From contig CAMATG010000001.1 in assembly GCA_945860645.1 (NCBI GenBank), positions 1-51,810 on the forward strand: a stretch of 51,810 nucleotides of DNA. The letters run 5' to 3'. The notes beneath the pieces were generated by a model that was given only the letters and a program-made list of their open reading frames with translations, was not told the DNA's origin and made no database searches. Shown here piece after piece: positions 47,638-51,810 of this stretch (the stretch's first letter is position 1; the number at the start of each line of letters is the position of its first letter). Made by a program: the position numbers and the translations under genes. Source of the DNA: Candidatus Sulfopaludibacter sp. SbA3 (GTDB lineage Bacteria > Acidobacteriota > Terriglobia > Bryobacterales > Bryobacteraceae).

Positions 47638-50600
47638 CTACTTGATTTCGATCGTGCGTGCTTCCAGCTGCGCACCCATCAGCAGGCCGATGTCTAAGCC
47701 CGGCGCCTGAAACGGAGCGGCGATCCCATTCGCCCGGAAGCTGAATATTCCCAGCAGTCCGAACTTATCGCTCAAGTCTCCGGATGCACTTACCGCGGGC
47801 AGGTTCGCCATCGCCGACGCCGGGACCGTGAACCGCCCCGCGCCCGCCTCCACCTCGCACAGGAAGCCGCTGCTGGCCTTGGTCTTCTGGTCGGTGCCGT
47901 AACCCAGCACCAGCAGCGACTCTCCCGCCGTTCCGCCCGTCCAAGTTAGGGAGAACGGTGTCTTGCGATCAATCGAAGCCATCTGCGTGCGGTTCGTCCA
48001 GCTCACGCCTTGCCGCAGCGTGATGCTGCCGCTGAACGCGCCCACATCCTTACCGCCACTGCCGGTCACCGTATAGGCACCCGCGTCCAACGGCATGTTC
48101 GCCGCGTTCCCGGGCAACGGCAGCGAGCCTCCCAGCAGGCCCATATAGGTGCCGTTGTCGGAGCGATCCATCGTGGCCGATTTGCCGCCCGGCCCGCTTA
48201 CCTTTAACGACACGCCCGCGTCCAGCATCGTCGCCCCGCCCGTCTCCTGCAGCGGTCCACCGAACGCGCCCCCCAACAGGTCGGAGATGTCCCGCACGCC
48301 CGCGTAGGCCTGGCAGGTCCCCTGCGGCGGCAGAGAGGTCATCATGTTGAAGCCCAGATCGCCGCCCGCCTGCATCTTCGGGAAGGTGGCAATACCCAGG
48401 TCGGCGTCCAGCTTTTGCTCGCCCTGCGTCGCCGTGTTGAGCGTGGCCGATAGCCGCGTCAACATCACCACGCCAATCTTACCGCCCGTCGATGTCAGCG
48501 TCGATGTCGGGTTCGCGGCGTCCGTGCAAGTCTGCCCGTTGGCGTCGATGGCCATCGTCACAACGTTGCTCCACACGTCGCCCGCCTTCACCTGCACCGG
48601 GACGAAGCAGCCCGCCGGTGCATCAGGGGGCACCTCGGCCACAATCTGATCCACGCCGGAACAGCAAGGCGCGCGGCCGTTGTACAACAGGTTCGCCGGC
48701 TTGCCGCCGATCGTCATCTCAAAAGTGAACGGCAGATTCCCGGCCGGCGGAGCCACGTTGTCCGGCGCCGTGATCGGCCCCGCTCCCGTGCCCCACAGAA
48801 TCACCACCTGCCGCGGTTTCGCCGTGGCCGACCGCGTATTCAACGGCTGCTCCAGCTGCGTCATGAAGTTCTGGATAATGCCCGGCCCCCGGCCCTGGCT
48901 GGTGGCGAAAATGCCGAAGTTGTTCTTCGCAATTCGCACCGCCACAGCCCGGCTGGCGTTGCCGTTGTAGGTTACGATCATCTCCGCATCGCCCAATGGC
49001 GCGTTCGACGGAATGATCCCGTTGATCTGCGTGCTCGATGTATACACCAGATAGCACTCCACCGTGCGCGATCCCTGCCGGATCTGCACCAACGTCCCGC
49101 CCAGGTTCGTCGGCAGCGGGAACTGCTCCACCTGCCGCGCTGGCGTCGGGCCCACGCCGGAGGCAAAAATCGTGAAGAACGATCCCTGCGCCAGCGCGCC
49201 GCCCGGCAGCGATGGCGGCACGCCGCTGGCCGAATTCACAATGCCGTTCTCCGTCACCGTCGGCGTACCGGGAATGCTCCCGGCGTCCTGCGTCAATGTG
49301 AACGTCAGCCCGTTCACCGTCATCGTCGCGTTTCGCGCGTTGGTCGTGGCGTTGGTGTCATAGGTGTAGGCCACTCGCCCCGGTCCCGCGCCGCTCGCCG
49401 CGCCGCTGATCTTCAGCCAGCTGTCGTTGCTCTTGGCTGTCCAGGCGCAGGTGGGTGTCGCGGAGTTGATCAGCACCGTGCTGCCCCCAGCTCCGGGTCC
49501 CACCCGCGCCGATGTCGGCGATAGTGTCACTGCGCACGACACGCCCGCCGCTTGCGTGACGTTGGTGGCCTGCGCCGCCGTAATCACGCGCCCGCTCCGT
49601 ACGGCCGGATCGGGATTCGCCAGAACCAGATAGTCCACCGCACCGGACCCCTTGCCGTTCGCGTTCCGAACGGCCGTGATCCGAATCCAGCTCACCTCGC
49701 TGTGCGCGTTCCACTCGCAGTTGTCCGCGGTGGTCACACGGATGATGCCGGTCGTCTGCGCCGCTACCGAAGAAGCCGTCAGCGGCGTCACAAAGTAGTT
49801 GCAGCCCGGCGTCACGGTCCAGCCAACGCCGGTCCCCGTGCCGCCCCCGCCTCCGCCACCCGTTCCCTGGCAAGCCGTCACGCGCCGCGTGCCGCTGCCC
49901 GTCCGCCCGTTCGAGTTCACGTTCACAACGACGTCGGCTTCCTTCGTCGCGTCCGCCGGCGTGTAGGAAACCTCGCACTGGCTCGTAATGTTGGTCGCCA
50001 CTGTCTGCAGCAGAGCCTGCAATTCAGCCGACGTCGCACCCTTCGTAAACGTGCCGCCCGTCTCCGTGCCCATGCGCCGCATCACGGTCTCGTTGATGCC
50101 CGTGCCGAAGCCCACCGCGTAGATCGGAGCCTTCGCGTTCTTGGCCGCCGCAATGGCTTCGTCAATCGTCTTCCCGCCCTGGTTGTCGCCGCCGTCGGTC
50201 ATCATCACAATGGCGCGCCGGCCCGTTACCGCGGCGATGTCCGTCGCGGCCATGAACACCGCCTGATACAACGCCGTGCTCCCGCCAATCGCCAGCGAAT
50301 TGATCGCCGTAATCGCCAACTGCTTATTCGTCGTGAACGCCTGCTTCTTCGTCACACCCGAATCAAAGTTGTACACAGCCACCTGATCGCTCGCCCCCAG
50401 CGAGTTCACCAGGTTCACCGCCGCCGTCTTCTCATTCGCCAAATCGGTCGCGCTCAAAGAGCCGCTGGTGTCGATCACAATCGCCACCACCGCGCCGCTT
50501 CCGGCCGACGTGCCGCCGCCGGAACTGCTGCAGTTCACCAGCGTCACCGGCCGCGTCACGCCGTTCTCGGTCACCGTGAAGTTCGAAGAGTTCAACCCCG

Positions 50601-51810
50601 TCACCGCCTGGCCCGAGCCGTCGATCACGGAAACGGTCACCTTCTTCGTCACCGGGCAAGCCGAGTTGTCCTCGGCACTCACCGTTACCGTCAGCGCGCC
50701 GCCCGCGCCACCGCCGCCCGTCCCGCTCAGGTCCAGCCGCCAGACAAAGTCCGCTCCCCCGCCCGCCGCCACGCCGCTGTTCCCGGCCACTTTGTTCAAA
50801 TTCGTCAGTCCTGTGGAGCCCATGCTCAACCCCGAAGAGCCCGTCACCCGTGTCCACGTCGCAGCCGCCGTCAACGGTGTCGTCGCAAACACCCCCTCCT
50901 CCGTCGTCCCATCGCTCCACGTCACTGTCATCCGCGCGTGGCTGCCCATCCCCCCCGGTTCCCCGTACAGGAAGTAGGTGCCCGGCTGCAGATTAACGCT
51001 CCGGTTCGTCGCGCTGTTCAACAGTCCCGCCGCCGCATCCGGCATCGAAACCCCCAGCGTGAACCAGTTGTCTGAACTCAGCGTCGTCCATCCGTTCCCG
51101 TTCCAGCCGAATGCATTCGCGCTGTTCACCGATCCCATCTCAAGCTTCAGTCCCGTCGCCGTCTTCCCGCCCGTCGATGGCGCGGTACAGGCGCCCACCG
51201 TCTTCCGCGCGCTCCCGGTACGGTTGTTGATCGACACCGTCACCGTAACGTCCGCCGTCCTCGTCGGGTCCGCCGGCGCATACGCCATCGTGCAGGTTCC
51301 CGCGCCCGTGCAAGTCACCGTCCCGGACTTCGCCGCGGTACCCTCCATGAGCGCAAAATTCGCCCCGGTTAAACCGGAAACCAGCGCGCCCGCCGAATCC
51401 CTCACCGTCACCGGAATCTTCTTCGTCGCCGGACAGCTGCTGTTGTCATCCGCCCCCAGCGTCACCGCCAAATCATTCACCGGCTGTGGGTTCGGATTGC
51501 TGATTGTCACCTTAATCGTGCCCGTATTCGGGTCCTGCGGGTTAAACGCCGCCACCGCAATGTAATAGGTGCCGGCCCGCAACCCGGGCGATCCCGACAG
51601 CCCGATACGCAAATCCTTGCTCGGGATCAACTCCGTCGAATGGTCGGCAATAATCACGCCACCCGCACCAAGCGCCACGTCCACGCCGAACCGCGCATAC
51701 AGATCAATATCCGACGTCGTCACCAACTGCAGCCGTAACTCCGTCGCCCCATTCGGGACCCGGACAAAGAACCCAAATTCGCCATTGAAGAGGGTCGCCC
51801 GCGTGATCAA
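47638..51810 (-). CDS. giant surface protein (5'-partial) with PPC-like, duplicated Cys-bracketed beta-sandwich, VWA, BACON/Ig-like and Solibacter-type modules
   Basis: The frame is open to the window end. DIDLYARFG..GTYYIAVAAFN is PPC-like. The VWA domain has the MIDAS motif VIDTSGS plus MMTDGGDN. Two CxW..W..I.. modules. IVNSASG..FTIFASGVGP..LLYNGRAPCCSGVDQIVAEVP is the Solibacter-type module. Confidence 0.85.
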   Translation of the reverse strand: MITRATLFNGEFGFFVRVPNGATELRLQLVTTSDIDLYARFGVDVALGAGGVIIADHSTELIPSKDLRIGLSGSPGLRAGTYYIAVAAFNPQDPNTGTIKVTISNPNPQPVNDLAVTLGADDNSSCPATKKIPVTVRDSAGALVSGLTGANFALMEGTAAKSGTVTCTGAGTCTMAYAPADPTRTADVTVTVSINNRTGSARKTVGACTAPSTGGKTATGLKLEMGSVNSANAFGWNGNGWTTLSSDNWFTLGVSMPDAAAGLLNSATNRSVNLQPGTYFLYGEPGGMGSHARMTVTWSDGTTEEGVFATTPLTAAATWTRVTGSSGLSMGSTGLTNLNKVAGNSGVAAGGGADFVWRLDLSGTGGGGAGGALTVTVSAEDNSACPVTKKVTVSVIDGSGQAVTGLNSSNFTVTENGVTRPVTLVNCSSSGGGTSAGSGAVVAIVIDTSGSLSATDLANEKTAAVNLVNSLGASDQVAVYNFDSGVTKKQAFTTNKQLAITAINSLAIGGSTALYQAVFMAATDIAAVTGRRAIVMMTDGGDNQGGKTIDEAIAAAKNAKAPIYAVGFGTGINETVMRRMGTETGGTFTKGATSAELQALLQTVATNITSQCEVSYTPADATKEADVVVNVNSNGRTGSGTRRVTACQGTGGGGGGGTGTGVGWTVTPGCNYFVTPLTASSVAAQTTGIIRVTTADNCEWNAHSEVSWIRITAVRNANGKGSGAVDYLVLANPDPAVRSGRVITAAQATNVTQAAGVSCAVTLSPTSARVGPGAGGSTVLINSATPTCAWTAKSNDSWLKISGAASGAGPGRVAYTYDTNATTNARNATMTVNGLTFTLTQDAGSIPGTPTVTENGIVNSASGVPPSLPGGALAQGSFFTIFASGVGPTPARQVEQFPLPTNLGGTLVQIRQGSRTVECYLVYTSSTQINGIIPSNAPLGDAEMIVTYNGNASRAVAVRIAKNNFGIFATSQGRGPGIIQNFMTQLEQPLNTRSATAKPRQVVILWGTGAGPITAPDNVAPPAGNLPFTFEMTIGGKPANLLYNGRAPCCSGVDQIVAEVPPDAPAGCFVPVQVKAGDVWSNVVTMAIDANGQTCTDAANPTSTLTSTGGKIGVVMLTRLSATLNTATQGEQKLDADLGIATFPKMQAGGDLGFNMMTSLPPQGTCQAYAGVRDISDLLGGAFGGPLQETGGATMLDAGVSLKVSGPGGKSATMDRSDNGTYMGLLGGSLPLPGNAANMPLDAGAYTVTGSGGKDVGAFSGSITLRQGVSWTNRTQMASIDRKTPFSLTWTGGTAGESLLVLGYGTDQKTKASSGFLCEVEAGAGRFTVPASAMANLPAVSASGDLSDKFGLLGIFSFRANGIAAPFQAPGLDIGLLMGAQLEARTIEIK

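Overview
This is a high-GC bacterial chromosomal window, probably from an acidobacterium of the Solibacter/Bryobacter type. That guess rests on a PEP-CTERM protein, a CarboxypepD_reg-type TonB-dependent receptor, an ECF sigma/Ser-Thr kinase pair, and giant Ig-repeat proteins carrying the Solibacter-type module. The window spans the replication origin. dnaA-dnaN-gyrB lie at 9.1-14.2 kb, TTTTCCACA DnaA boxes and AT-rich patches sit on both sides of dnaA, and gene orientation and G/C strand bias both flip near 8.9 kb. Left of the origin is a tightly coupled minus-strand operon of peptidoglycan-binding proteins with no signal peptides: a LysM/PG_binding_1 protein, an unknown protein, an OmpA-like/PG_binding_1/HExxH metalloprotease and a small protein, ending in trmJ. 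This operon is my best candidate for an undescribed system. Right of the origin the order is as follows. (1) panB, five copies of a 135-bp tandem repeat, panC, coaX. (2) A periplasmic nitrate reductase operon, napD-napA-(tandem-fused NapB)-tetrahaem lipoprotein-NrfC-like-NrfD-like, with a divergent Crp/Fnr regulator. (3) A urea/guanidine carboxylase operon (SSS transporter, periplasmic beta-propeller, two DUF1989 proteins, carboxylase, allophanate hydrolase), divergent from a TonB receptor plus a paralogous propeller. (4) A ~1215-aa Ig-repeat protein. (5) An ECF sigma-Ser/Thr kinase-M14 peptidase operon downstream of a >1390-aa VWA/PPC surface protein. The last ~9 kb has strand composition and synonymous codon choice opposite to what its position relative to oriC predicts. 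I recognised no rRNA, tRNA, CRISPR array, transposase or integrase. All family assignments are by-eye motif recognition, not database searches.
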